Of a DNA stretch of 64,000 nucleotides, positions 1 to 11,791 are shown one piece after another (the first letter of the stretch is position 1; each line of letters begins with the position of its first letter). Under the pieces are notes generated by a model, which did no database searches, was not told the DNA's origin, and saw nothing but the letters and a program-made list of their open reading frames with translations. Source of the DNA: Schmidtea polychroa (Eukaryota); contig CM097885.1 in the NCBI GenBank assembly GCA_044892525.1, positions 29,886,001-29,950,000 of the forward strand. Reading direction: 5' to 3'. Both the position numbers and the translations under genes were made by a program.

Positions 1-122
1 GATTCATTGCAGGAAAATTTTCTGTAATAAGATCTTTAGATGGAGTATAACTAGTTGTTGGTGGAACTTTTGTTTGTTTTTTACCCGATATCCTTGTTTT
101 TGAAAACATGATTTATATGTTT

Positions 123-761
123 TCAACTTTGTTTTGAACTTTGTTTATATACCATGGCACCTTTTGGGTTGAAAATATCTGTTTTTACCCGTATATCATC
201 AGGGCATTGTTGTGTGAAATCGAGAAATATATACCCATGCGGTATTTTCGTGGCATCTTGAAATGCACTGATAAGAAAATTACGGTTATTAGGGTATGCT
301 TGTCGTCCAAGAAAATCAATGACAGTTGCATCTCTAGGATTCTTGAAAATAACTAAATATTGTACATTTAAATTACGTGTTCGATGTGCACCACCTTGAT
401 GAAATAGATTTTGTGTTATGAAAATAACTGTTACACCAACATGTCTGCTGATTTTTGTGAATAAATTATTAAAGTCCTTTTCTTTATTGGCTTCTTGATA
501 CAAATCATCGATAATGATGACATCATCTTTCTTCAAACGACTTGACCAGTTTTTATCAAAGCCCTTTACTATTTTCATGTTTTTCAACTGACAGAAACTT
601 GATTGCGTCAATCCGTGTTCTTCGTCGGCGCCCCTATGCCAATAAATATTGTTGAATTTTGTTTTAAACAAATTTGATTTTAGTAATTTACAAACAAATA
701 AAGTTTTCCCGCTACCACTTGGACCAACGATTTAGTATACTGCATCATTTCGTAATTCCAT
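123..761 (-). pseudogene. Polinton packaging ATPase (A32/FtsK-like) with an in-frame TAA at codon 10
   Basis: ATG at 761 reads MELRNDAVY*IVGPSGSGKTLFV (Walker A) in frame with ORF 123..671, which has IIIDD (Walker B), SRH, ITQ and FKNPRD motifs. Confidence 0.85.
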
Positions 762-865
762 TTTTTAAATTTAAACTATATAATTATTGTTTATATTGAT
801 AATTTAAATGAACTCTGTTTTTAAATACCTATATATATCAAAGTTTTTAAAATTATTTCATTAAA

Positions 866-1330
866 ATGCTTTCAAATATAAATTACAGGGCAAAAACTGA
901 TGTATCAAAAATGGTATTTCCAATAGGGAAACCACAACAACTTATCAATAGAAGTAATAAATATCCAATAATATATTTCAAAACTGGTAAATGTAGAATT
1001 ATGGGGTGTAAGGAAATAATCAAAGCTAGTGAATATAATGTTTATGATTTAGAAATACAATCGATAACCGTAACTTCCGATATAGGTTTTTCTTGTAATT
1101 TAAATAAATTAGCTAAATTAATACCATGCTTTTATGAACCAGAATTATTTCCAGCTTTGAGATATATAAAATATAACCCTATGTGTGTAAATATATTCGC
1201 TAGTGGTAAGATAGTAATTCTTGGAATAAAAAATATTGATTACAAATGTATAGTTGATAATATCATATCTGAAATTAAATCAATAATTGAAGGAAAAGAA
1301 TTTTTAGATTTTTTATTATCACTTAATTAA
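866..1330 (+). CDS. Minimal TATA-binding-protein-like protein (two TBP repeats) inside the Polinton
   Basis: Repeat 1 IYFKTGKCRIMG; repeat 2 IQSITVT…NLNKLA…YEPELFPALRY…VNIFASGKIVILG. Intronless, AAAATG start context. Confidence 0.85.
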   Translation: MLSNINYRAKTDVSKMVFPIGKPQQLINRSNKYPIIYFKTGKCRIMGCKEIIKASEYNVYDLEIQSITVTSDIGFSCNLNKLAKLIPCFYEPELFPALRYIKYNPMCVNIFASGKIVILGIKNIDYKCIVDNIISEIKSIIEGKEFLDFLLSLN

Positions 1331-1438
1331 TTATTTATCATTCAATTAAAACAAAAACATACTGCAATCTGATTGGATGATAAACAATAGTCATAGGTAT
1401 AAAAACCCTGTACCATTTCATTTTAATCATAATTCACA

Positions 1439-1858
1439 ATGACCAAGAAAATTTCAAGCACTGAAAAACCAAAAGTAGTTCCAGAACTTGTACAACCTGT
1501 TCAAATGTTCCACAACTACAAAATGTATTTTTTAAAAGAAGAAATCAATATGAAATTGGTGTCACCGATCAAGCTAATTCCTACCCAATTTCAATTCTTA
1601 ACCGGCACGCTTTCAATGTTAGATATTAAAACCATAGATGATGTTTTCAAAAGGTTGAATACGAATCTATCATGCAATCAAAATGCATTTTTCAACAACC
1701 GATATGCAAAATTTTATGATTCCTTTGATGAAATCAGTTTCAAAGAAAACGAAAATTGGTATATAACAATTACAATCCAAGGATATAAAGTTGATAATAA
1801 TGATGTGTATTCTCCAATTTGGAAAATTATGTCTGCTAGACTTTCACAGTTATTTTAA
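1439..1858 (+). CDS. Hypothetical Polinton protein, 139 aa
   Basis: Open ORF preceded by TATAAAA (~1398) and followed by AATAAA (~1869). Confidence 0.6.
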   Translation: MTKKISSTEKPKVVPELVQPVQMFHNYKMYFLKEEINMKLVSPIKLIPTQFQFLTGTLSMLDIKTIDDVFKRLNTNLSCNQNAFFNNRYAKFYDSFDEISFKENENWYITITIQGYKVDNNDVYSPIWKIMSARLSQLF

Positions 1859-1954
1859 TGTTGTATTTAATAAATGTATTTAGTCATATTTGTTTTCGCT
1901 TATATTCTATATTTTCTATAAACAAATATATACTATAGTTTTAAAATACTAATA

Positions 1955-2313
1955 ATGACTACAGAAAAAGGTTAATATGATTAGTTAATTATCGAATTAT
2001 TTAATATTTAGAATTTATAATAAACTTTTTATTGGAAAAGTTAGCAGAAATATCTGGTGTGAAAATTGAGGACATATTATCTGTTACAAACGCATTAAAT
2101 ATCGGCTGGGTAGCAGAGAGTGAAGATTCGGAATTTGATGAAACAGATGAAGAAAACACTCAAGATGATGAGGAAAGCATTCAAGAAATTGATGAACCTA
2201 TGGAGGAATTTACGGATACTGAACCGTGTGTATATAGGGATTGTATAGATCATGTTGTTGAAAATGTTATGAACTGTGGAGATGATGAATGTGAATGTGT
2301 TAATAAATTTTAG
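1955..2313 (+). CDS. Acidic protein with a Cys-rich tail, probably spliced (exon 1955-1970, intron 1971-2011, exon 2012-2313)
   Basis: ATGACTACAGAAAAAG|GT…TTTAG|AA joins in frame to ORF 2032..2313, giving MTTEKEFIINFLLEKL…. Confidence 0.5.
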
Positions 2314-2481
2314 TGAATATTTAAAGAATAATATTTAGAATTTAGAAAGTTTTGTCTTGAATATTTTTACAAGTAATTTTGTGAACAGTACCCTTGTGAC
2401 TTGTTGAGTGTGAGTAGTACATTTGTGTGCAGTACCCTTAGGGGGACAGAATATTTTGTCAGATAGACTCTGTATATATAT

Positions 2482-2482
2482 G

Positions 2483-2525
<43 letters not shown>
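2482..2525. repeat. (ATA)n microsatellite
   Basis: Direct reading of about 14 units. Confidence 0.95.
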
Positions 2526-2527
<2 letters not shown>

Positions 2528-2664
2528 CTTAGAAAATAATAATATGTAATCAACGATTTAAACAAAATTATATTATTAAGTATTCTATAATTAAAACAAA
2601 AGAATTATATAATCAATGATTTAAACAAATTATATAATCATCGATAATTAAAACAAAATTATTA

Positions 2665-3090
2665 ATTCTAAAAATATTAGACATCGTTCTAAAAGTATGA
2701 TGTAATCATTCTAAAAATAATTGGCATCGTTCTAAAAATATTAGGCATCGTTCTAAAAATATTAGGCATCGTTCTAAAAATAATAGACATCGTTCTAAAA
2801 ATATTAGGCATCGTTCTAAAAGTATTACGTAATCGCTCTTAAAATATTTGGCATCGTTCTAAAAATATTTGGCATCGTTCTAAAAATATTTGGCATCGTT
2901 CTAAAAATATTAGACATCGATTACGTAATAGTTCTAAAAATATTAGGCATCGTTCTAAAAATATTAGGCATCGTTCTAAAAGTATGACGTAATCGTTCTA
3001 AAAATATTAGGCATCATTCTAAAATATTAGACATCATTCTAAAAATGTGATGAGTCATTGTCTTTGTTCTAAAAATGTGATGAGTCATCG
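2665..3090. repeat. Subterminal tandem array, ~21-bp unit GGCATCGTTCTAAAAATATTA
   Basis: More than 15 head-to-tail degenerate units with no unique spacers. Confidence 0.9.
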
Positions 3091-3130
3091 TATGATAAAA
3101 AATCTATATCTCATTAGAAAGTTCTTGCAC

Positions 3131-3427
3131 AGAGCTTTAAAATAAGCTATCGTCCAATAAATTCGGATAATGGGAACAATAATTTTTGGGATGAAAAAAA
3201 GTAGGTCCCCGCTGGATCACTTAATAATATTTTGAAAAATAATAATAATTTAACGTTGAAAAGATGGTGGTCATCAATTGTTAATAACATTAAAACTATT
3301 AAAGATATATATGATACCTATAGCTCATTCGAAAGGTCTTGGACTGAGCTTTAAGATGAGGTATCGGTCAATAAAATCTGTTGGCAGGAACATTAATTTT
3401 TGGGATGAAAAAAAGTGTGAGCCCGCC
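3131..3427. repeat. Degenerate ~80-bp direct repeat pair (3131-3211 and 3346-3427) near the Polinton end
   Basis: GAGCTTTAA…GGAACA.TAATTTTTGGGATGAAAAAAAGT…CCCGC occurs twice. Confidence 0.75.
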
Positions 3428-3737
3428 CGGCCAATTAATTAAAACAAAAAATTAAAAAAAAATTTTTTTCCCGGGGGGGGGAGGGGGTATATGTGGCCGG
3501 GGGAGCTCCTGGCCGGGGGAGCCCACATCCTACTACTAAAAGACCAGAATGGGAATCCTCAAAGCCAATTTCAGAGAAAGATGTATTCTTTGCAATAAAA
3601 AATAGCAAAGATACAGCGCCAGGAGAGGACGGAATTCCGGTCAGAGCATAGAAAGAATGGATGCCTGAGGACCCATTGACTCCAATATTCAATAGAATAA
3701 TCGAATCCAAAACTATCCCTGATTCTTGGAAAAATAA

Positions 3738-4740
3738 TATAACTTAATGATTTAATTTTTTTAATTTTTTTATTTATTTTTAATTATATATAAGTTATTG
3801 ATTAAACTGTTAATTATTTTTTTTACTATTAATTGGCATTTAGTTATCGTTGTTTTTCATCTTGGATGCTGGTGGAAAGTTATTTAGGGCTTTTTCCAAT
3901 TTCATTTGGACGAGGTTCTGAATTGTTCTGAATTTCGAATTTTTCATTGTTTTAAAATTCTTTTTCATTGAATTAGTTAAACTAAAAAAATGTATTTATA
4001 TAACTGTTAGAGTTATTATAAATCTGTTGGTACTTCAATATTTTTTGTTAAAATATATTTGAAATTTTAATATATTTTTTATCTTTAAAATCATATTCTG
4101 ATATAATTTTCTTTAAAGTTTGATATTTTATATATATTTTTCATAAATATAATTGTAACATTCTAATTGTTTATTATCATCTTGATCTAAAATTTCAATA
4201 TTATTATTATAATTAAATGTTTTTTTTAAATTTGGATTAAAATATTTTTAAATTCGATATTTGACCTTCCATTTTCAAAAAAAATAATTAAATTTTAAAA
4301 ATTGTTTTAACTTTTATTTCTAATTATTTTTATTGATATTTTTAAATTTAAATTTTTTTTGTATATTTTCAATTATTTTTAATAATAAATTAATTTTTAT
4401 CATTTAAATTTTCTTATGATATTTATGACTTACATACACACTTACATTTTTAACTTTAAAAAAATACAAATAATTCAACTATAATTAAATAAACCCATTC
4501 TGCCAAAAAAAATTTTTTTAATTCAATATTTGAACTTTCAATTTTAAATAATTATTGTTTACATTTTAATTTCTAAAAATGTTTATCTTAGCCAAAAGAT
4601 ATTTTTATATTTTATTTGATTTTTGTATATTTTAAATTATTTTTAATAATAAATTAACTTTCTAATAAAAGACCCATATACTCTAATTTTGAGATATTTA
4701 TCTTAGGCAATAGATATTTTTATATTTTATTTGTTTTTTG
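3738..4740 (-). repeat. ~1-kb AT-rich dispersed repeat in inverted orientation (also 22960-23960); forward copies at ~18530-19465, ~30400-31325 and ~54000-55005, partial copies at 52525-52800 and 53250-53395
   Basis: Shared marker CAGAACCTCGTCCAAATGAAATTGGAAAAAGCCC and its reverse complement. Confidence 0.85.
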
Positions 4741-4754
4741 TAATTGCAATCATT

Positions 4755-7700
4755 TTTCTGGATGGAAGTTATGAATTCCAAAAACCTATTGACCAGCATA
4801 ATGCAATACACTGGTTCAACTTCTTTATCAAAAGAACGATAGTCGGAGTACCAAGATCCTTCAATCTAAGGAAAAGTATACCATATCTTAATAAAAGCCA
4901 AACAGTTCCGCAGACCAATGTGGAAACAAATGGAGACATAACCAACCACTCTAACCTGAAAGGTCTACAATGCCGAGATATTAGTAGAAAAAGGAGAAAA
5001 TGCTCAACTAATGAATCCGTAGAACATCAATCAAAGAGAAAAAATAATGAGGAAAATACTGAACAACCAGTAAATCAGGAAGAAGAAACACATGTAACTC
5101 ATCAAACCACAACAAGTCCCAATCAATCATTAAATGAACAAGCATGACGGGATGGGGAAAGGACAACAAGTGCAGTCCTACCCCCACAAGAAAATACTAT
5201 CATTTCAACACTCCAAAACCCTGACAACCGTCTAATAGGAGGAACAATGCAAATCAAACAAATTGAAGCTTCAATCGATCTAATAATTGACAATGAATGC
5301 AGAATAGTTTGTGCAAAAGAAGGTTGCAACAAAACCTATACTGATATCTTCCATGCTGAGCACCATTCCAGAAATAAACATAATCTACCTTCTGGAACAA
5401 GAACAAAGGTCAAATGTGTACAATGTGAGAACCCAATCGAAGGAGATCAAGTAAATGACCATATCAAAAACCACAAAGACGAAAGAAAAGAAGACCTGAT
5501 TAGACAAATGAATATCATCCTACCAAATAAAAGAGATACGCCTTACGGACCATATGATCTACTATCACAAGCGGCGTTGGAAATATATATTAGGAATCTA
5601 ATAATGTATGACAAAAGGGAAATAGCATACATTGGCCCCAGAGCATCAATATACCTTAACAACAACAATAAACACGCTCTGCTCAAAGAAATACAACTGC
5701 ACAACCTTGTCGGCTGGAAACTGGCAATCTGGCTCATCCACTGGAATGGTAACCACTGGGCAGTGTACCTAGCTAATAAAAACACTAGACAATCCAAAAT
5801 CCTGGATTCAGCTAACTCATTTACAATCAACCAAGAATTTTTAATGAAAAAGAATATGGATTCAATTCTTAATACCGCATCAGAAGAGGATAAACCCTTC
5901 CTGAGATTGCAGATTGAGCATAAACCTACCCAATCTAACCAATATGACTGCGGCCCATATGTACTACAATTCATAAAGGACTTTCTAAATAATCCTGAAA
6001 GAACTAGATACAACGAGCCAAACACGAAAGAAATTAGAGAAAAAATATGCGAATTAATAACGGAAGAATGAAAAAAATAAAGATAATGGAATAAAACAAA
6101 TCAATGATCCTGAAATCGCAGAGCTACTGAAAAAATTCTCACTACATCAATACACAATTGAACAGATCCTAGAAAATTTCAGAAGAATATACGAAAGAGA
6201 CAATCTAAAACCAAAAAGAAATTCTAAAATAAAGATTCCAATGGCTAAATGCTCTTATCAGATCCAACGATTATATGCCATCAATCCTGGAAGAGCTATT
6301 AATGAAATAAACAAAGCCACTGATTCTACTCCAGAACTACAAACAGAAGTAATGAACATCTACTTCACCAGACAAAAACCACAAACAAATCCAGAAAATA
6401 TTCTAATATCGAAAAGAACCGCTGACTGGATAACCGACAAAAAGATCAAAAACAAGGAAATCACAATAACAATCAAAAGAATGGAAGATAAAGCACCAGG
6501 AGCAGACAAAATTCCTATACGACAATGGAAAACCTGGAACAAAGATAGGGCATTAAAAGTGCTATTTAACCATATCATAAAACAAAAGAAGATACCAATA
6601 AACTGGAAAACATTTATGACAAAACTAATTATAAAACCAGGAAAAGCCGAAGAAGCATCCAATCCATCTAACTGGAGACCGATAGCACTAATGCCAACGG
6701 CCTATAGAATCCTAATGAAACTACTAAATAAAAGATTATTAAAATGGATCCATGACGGAAAGCTACTATCTCCATGGCAAAAAGCATTTTAGAAAAAGAA
6801 AACGGATGCGATGAGCACAATTTCATAATCAATTGCCTTATGGAAAAAGCAAACAGAACAAGATACAAAGGCGAACAGATACACCTAGTATTCTTGGACC
6901 TCGCAGACGCCTTTGGCAGTATGCCACACGAGGTGATTTGGTACACATTAGAGAGAATGGGGTTAAATAAAAACACCATTGAACTAATTAAAAATAGCTA
7001 CCAAGACTGCTTCTCAGTATACGAAAGCGGCGAATCCAAATCAGACAAAATTAAAATTGATAAAGGGGTCAAACAGGGATGCCCCTTGTCCATGACGCTA
7101 TTTAGTCTATGTATAGAATTCCTCATAAAAGCTGTAGAGGATCTAAACAAAGGTGCCAAAATAGCAGAAACAAAAATAAGTATTCTAGCCTACGCAGACG
7201 ATTTGGTACTAATCGCAAATAACAAAGAGGACATCCAAATAATGCTTAACACCATATTCGAAGAGGCAAATAAAGCATGTCTAACCTCTAAACCTGCCAA
7301 ATGTGGATATTTCAGTGAACAAGAAAACAATGATATCCCAATAATGATCAACAACCAGACAATTAGGAAAATCAACAACAATGAACTGTACACATACCTA
7401 GGAGTCAGAATAGGAGGACCTAAAAAAAGGAACTTAGACCAACTATTCAAGGAAGCAATCACCTACTCTGAAAAGATATTCAAATCAAAACTTAAAGCAT
7501 GTCAAAAAATAGAAGCATACCAAACATTTATACACTCCAAATTCGTATTCCCTCTCCAAGGAGAAGACATAAACAAAGGAAACATCGAAGAATACGATAA
7601 CCAAATCCGAACAAGAATCAAAAAAGATGTTATTGACCTACCTACAAATAGTCCATTTATGGATGCAATAATCTATTCCCCAAGAGCAAAATGAGGTCTA

Positions 7701-9403
7701 GGAATAACAAAAGTCGCAGACGAGCAACTTATCCAGACCATCGCTAGATACCTAAGGCTATTTAACAGTAGCCACATGGACATCAGAAGAATCCTAACAG
7801 AAGAAACAATTGATATTGCCAAGATCAGAACAAACCAGACAATCTATACCATTAAAGACGCAATAAAATGGCTAGATAATACGCATACCAACTCAAAAAG
7901 GAACGACACAAAATACAGTTGGATCACTAGAATCAAAACAGCAATAATGGGAATCATGAGAACCCATAAAATTGAGATAAAACTGTCCATTAATGAGGAT
8001 GACCAACTAGAAGCAAGAGTCAAATGTGCTACTGAAGAAACACCAGTAGTGGTCAAAGAAACGAATAAAATTTCAGCAACACTACACTGGATGATCAAAG
8101 AAAGCTATTTCAATAAATGGAAAGCAGCTAAATGCCAAGGCTACATCATAAGCCTCCCATATTCCAAGAAAATGGAATGGGAACTCCCACGGAACTTAGA
8201 TGATTCAGATTGGCAATTCATAATAAAAGCACGTGCCAACATGCTTGACCTAAGGAACAAGCAAGCAAACCAAGGAGGAAGACTAGCAGCAATAAACTGC
8301 AGGAAATGCGACTACCCAAGAGAATGCCAAGCACATGCCATCAACCACTGTGACTATGGTAAAAACAGTAGAGTAACAAAACACAACGAAATCCAAAGAT
8401 TGCTTACCGAATTACTCGAAACAAAAAAGTTAAATTACGAGACAGAAGCAATACCAAAAGAATCATCTGTGAACCTAAAACCAGACATCCTAATCAGAGG
8501 AGAATCAAAAAATACCATCATTGACATTAAATGTCCTTTCGATGACTAGGATACCATTGAACTGGCAAGAAACAAAAACCAAGACAAATATCGAAACTTG
8601 GCCACAGAGATCCAAACCAAGTCTGAAAAACCTACCACTGTAGAAACATTTGTGCTGTGTTCCCTTGGAACCCGGGATAAGAGAAATAACGAAATCCTCA
8701 GAAAACATGCTTGACCTAAGGAACAAGCAAGCAAACCAAGGAGGAAGACTAGCAGCAATAAACTGCAGGAAATGCGACTACCCAAGAGAATGCCAAGCAC
8801 ATGCCATCAACCACTGTGACTATGGTAAAAACAGTAGAGTAACAAAACACAACGAAATCCAAAGATTGCTTACCGAATTACTCGAAACAAAAAAGTTAAA
8901 TTACGAGACAGAAGCAATACCAAAAGAATCATCTGTGAACCTAAAACCAGACATCCTAATCAGAGGAGAATCAAAAAATACCATCATTGACATTAAATGT
9001 CCTTTCGATGACTAGGATACCATTGAACTGGCAAGAAACAAAAACCAAGACAAATATCGAAACTTGGCCACAGAGATCCAAACCAAGTCTGAAAAACCTA
9101 CCACTGTAGAAACATTTGTGGTGTGTTCCCTTGGAACCCGGGATAAGAGAAATAACGAAATCCTCAGAAAACTTCAATTCAAATTTGACGAATATTCAAA
9201 AACAAAAGACAAAATGATCAAAGCCGTAATCAAAGGATCCAGATACACATTCGACCAGCACAGGGGCTTCATGACCTGATGCTTTAAATATACCAGTGAC
9301 TAGTTCACTCAAGAATCCAGATATCCCACCTATTCTGTTTACAGAAAGGTTCTTAACTCATCCTTGTGATGACACTTTTTGTTATATTAATAAATATTTT
9401 GTA
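4755..9403 (+). mobile_element. NeSL/R5-like non-LTR retrotransposon, family A; 5'-truncated and decayed, with the 3' end intact
   Basis: Two C2H2-like fingers; Ulp1-like protease (WLIHWNGNHW, QSNQYDCG); RT (NWRPIAL, FLDLADAFGS, GVKQGCPLS, YADD); CCHC (CRKC…HAINHC); endonuclease KPD…IDIKCPFD; stop at 9279; AATAAA at 9389. Several stops and frameshifts. Confidence 0.93.
8241..9172 (+). repeat. 466-bp tandem duplication of the CCHC-endonuclease region (also 27464-28395)
   Basis: ATGCTTGACCTAAGG… at 8241 and 8707, with AAC microhomology at the join. Confidence 0.95.
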
Positions 9404-9454
9404 TTTCTGACACCTCTTGCTACAAACTCTGTAAAAATCAAAAGGATCGATAGG
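9404..9454 (-). rRNA. 51-bp 28S rDNA scrap forming the 3' flank of the family A element
   Basis: TTTCTGACACCTCTTGCT…AAAGGATCGATAGG is the reverse complement of conserved LSU sequence CCTATCGATCCTTT…AGCAAGAGGTGTCAGAAA. Confidence 0.85.
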
Positions 9455-11355
9455 GAACAAAACCAATCAATGAATAAAACCATCAAATACATTGAACCAA
9501 GACTGGCAAACTTGCTTATCAATCGAAACTTGAGAACATTTCATAATGAAATCAAGATAGACTCCTTGATTGGATGGGAACTAATAATCTGGCTTATACA
9601 CTGGAACAACTGCCATTGGATTGTCTACCTTGCTAATTTCGAGGATAAAACCTCCATTATCTTGGATTCAGACAATCAGATGACAACATTGCAAAAGTGT
9701 TATATAAAAGACAGACTAGATAAATTCCTAGAAAATACAGTGGAAGAAAGAACCATCTTTAAATCACTTGAAAACAGATTAATTCCTCAACAATCAAACG
9801 ACTATGATTGTGGAACATATGTCCTTCAATTCATAGAGGACTTTGTGAATGAACCTGAAAGACTAAATTATCAGACTCCAGACTCAATTAGAATTAGAAA
9901 CATAATCGGGAAGCAGATTATGGAAGAATTAAAAGATGCCAAAAAGAATACACCAAAGAAGTCAAATAAAGAAATAGACGAATTAATTCTCAAATTGAAG
10001 TTACTACAGATAGACATTCATTCAGTACTTCAATGGTTCACGAACAAATATAATGAATCAATCCCTAAACAAAAGAACAAAAGAGGTGCAAAGATCAACA
10101 TCTCAAAATGCTCATATCAAATACAAAGATTATTTGCATAGCTCCAAAAAGAGCAATAAAGGAAATATATAAAAATGAGTCAGCCCCAGCAGACCTTCCG
10201 AAAAGCATCTTAGATGCTTACTTCATAAAAGAAAATTGATCTCGGAATGGCAGTAGGCAGTAATGGCTGTGATGAGCACAATTACATCATCCAGGCACTG
10301 ATTGAGAAATCGAACAGAATTAAATACAAACACGAACAATGTCACCTGGCTTTCTTGGACTTGGCTGATGCATTCGGAAGCATCCCATTTTCTGTCATTT
10401 GGCATACAATGAGCATAATGGGACTCGATAAAACAACTATCGACCTATTAAAAGAATTGTATAAAGATAATGTCACAAGATACAAAAGTGGAAAAACTGA
10501 ATCGGAAAGGATAAACATTGTAAAAGGCGTGAAACAGGGTTGCCCACTATCAATGACCCTATTCAGCCTATGCATTCAATTCATTCTAAAAGAGATCATC
10601 AATATGAATAAAGGAGCAACAATGGCAGCACAAGATATTAACATCCTTGCCTATGCAGACGACTTAGTAATTGTGGCCGATTCTGCTAAAAACCTACAAA
10701 TTCTACTAGGAAGAATTGAAGATCTAGCAAATAAAGCATGCCTAAAGTTCAAACCGGCAAAATGCGGATACTACAGAGATCCAAAAGACAATACATCACG
10801 AGTTATGATCTATAAAGAACAAATCAGATTAGTAAGTGAGGAAAACATATACACCTATCTTGGAGTCAGAATAGGTGATAAAAAGAAAAAGAACCTAAAT
10901 AAGCTTTTCGAAAAGGTTAAAGATCATACTAAATCGATTTTCACTTCAAAACTCAGAAATGACCAAAAACTGGGGGCTTATAACACCTTTGGCTAATCAA
11001 AATTTGTATATATACTACAAGGAGAAGATATCTCAAAAATAAATATTGAAAAATACGATAATGATATAAAAGCCATAATAAAAAAGCACGTGCTAGATCT
11101 CCAAGATAACAGCCCATTCACAGACTCAGTGATTTACTCACCACGAGAAAAGGGAGGCTTAGGAATCACAAAAGTGTTCGATGAGCAGATAATCCAAACA
11201 ATAAATAGAGCTCTGAAACTCCTAACAAGTAACCACAAACTGATCCAAGAAAAGATTGAAGATTTGGAAAATGCATTGAAATGGTTGGATGGATCAATAA
11301 AATACAAGAAAAACACAAACGCCAAGACAACGTGGATAACACGAGTAAGAGAAAA
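9455..11355 (+). mobile_element. NeSL/R5-like family B fragment (protease plus RT, internally deleted); partial copy at 28677-29432
   Basis: WLIHWNNCHW, QSNDYDCG, FLDLADAFGS, QGCPLS, YADD, KGGLG. Confidence 0.88.
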
Positions 11356-11791
11356 ATTTTTTAGACGACCATCTGAAATAGTCCAAAAAATTAGACTAAG
11401 TATTTTGGCTAGTGTACAAATGCTACTGCAAAAACATTTTCAAAAAATGTGGTAATGAAGAGATTTTGACAATTGGAGGAGATGAAATTCAGATTGCAGA
11501 TCTTACAAAGTCAGAAATCAGCCAAAACAAACCAGATAATCAGAATACTTCAACAATTTCTGAATTAAAGAATGAGAATCGTCAATTACGTTTGGAAATG
11601 AAAAACATGAAGAAAATGATGGAACAAATGATAAAATCAATTGAAACTTTAGAACAAATTATCAAAGACTCTGCCAAAATTTCTACAGAAAATAGAAAAA
11701 CACAACCAAATTCAGATCAGATTGTGAAAATTCGAGAAAAAGAGCATTATTTAAACAAAGTGTGTGTTACACATTAATTGTATACAAGATT

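Larger units (their letters stand above)
1..3537. mobile_element. Terminal part of a Polinton/Maverick (family 1); the other end is outside the window
   Basis: Contains an A32/FtsK-like packaging ATPase and subterminal repeats, and ends in CTACTACT (reverse complement of AGTAGTAG, a typical Polinton terminus) at 3537. Sequence then resumes in LINE DNA (AAAAGACCAG…) that is uninterrupted in the paralogous copy at 22761. Confidence 0.85.
3538..10210 (+). repeat. Segmental duplication, nearly identical to 22761-29432
   Basis: Offset of about 19223; ORF pairs 5247/24470, 6774/25997 and 7776/26999 are almost identical. Confidence 0.95.

Noticed and set aside
2665..3090. CRISPR array
   Set aside because: Head-to-tail repeats without unique spacers, no cas genes, and a eukaryotic context.
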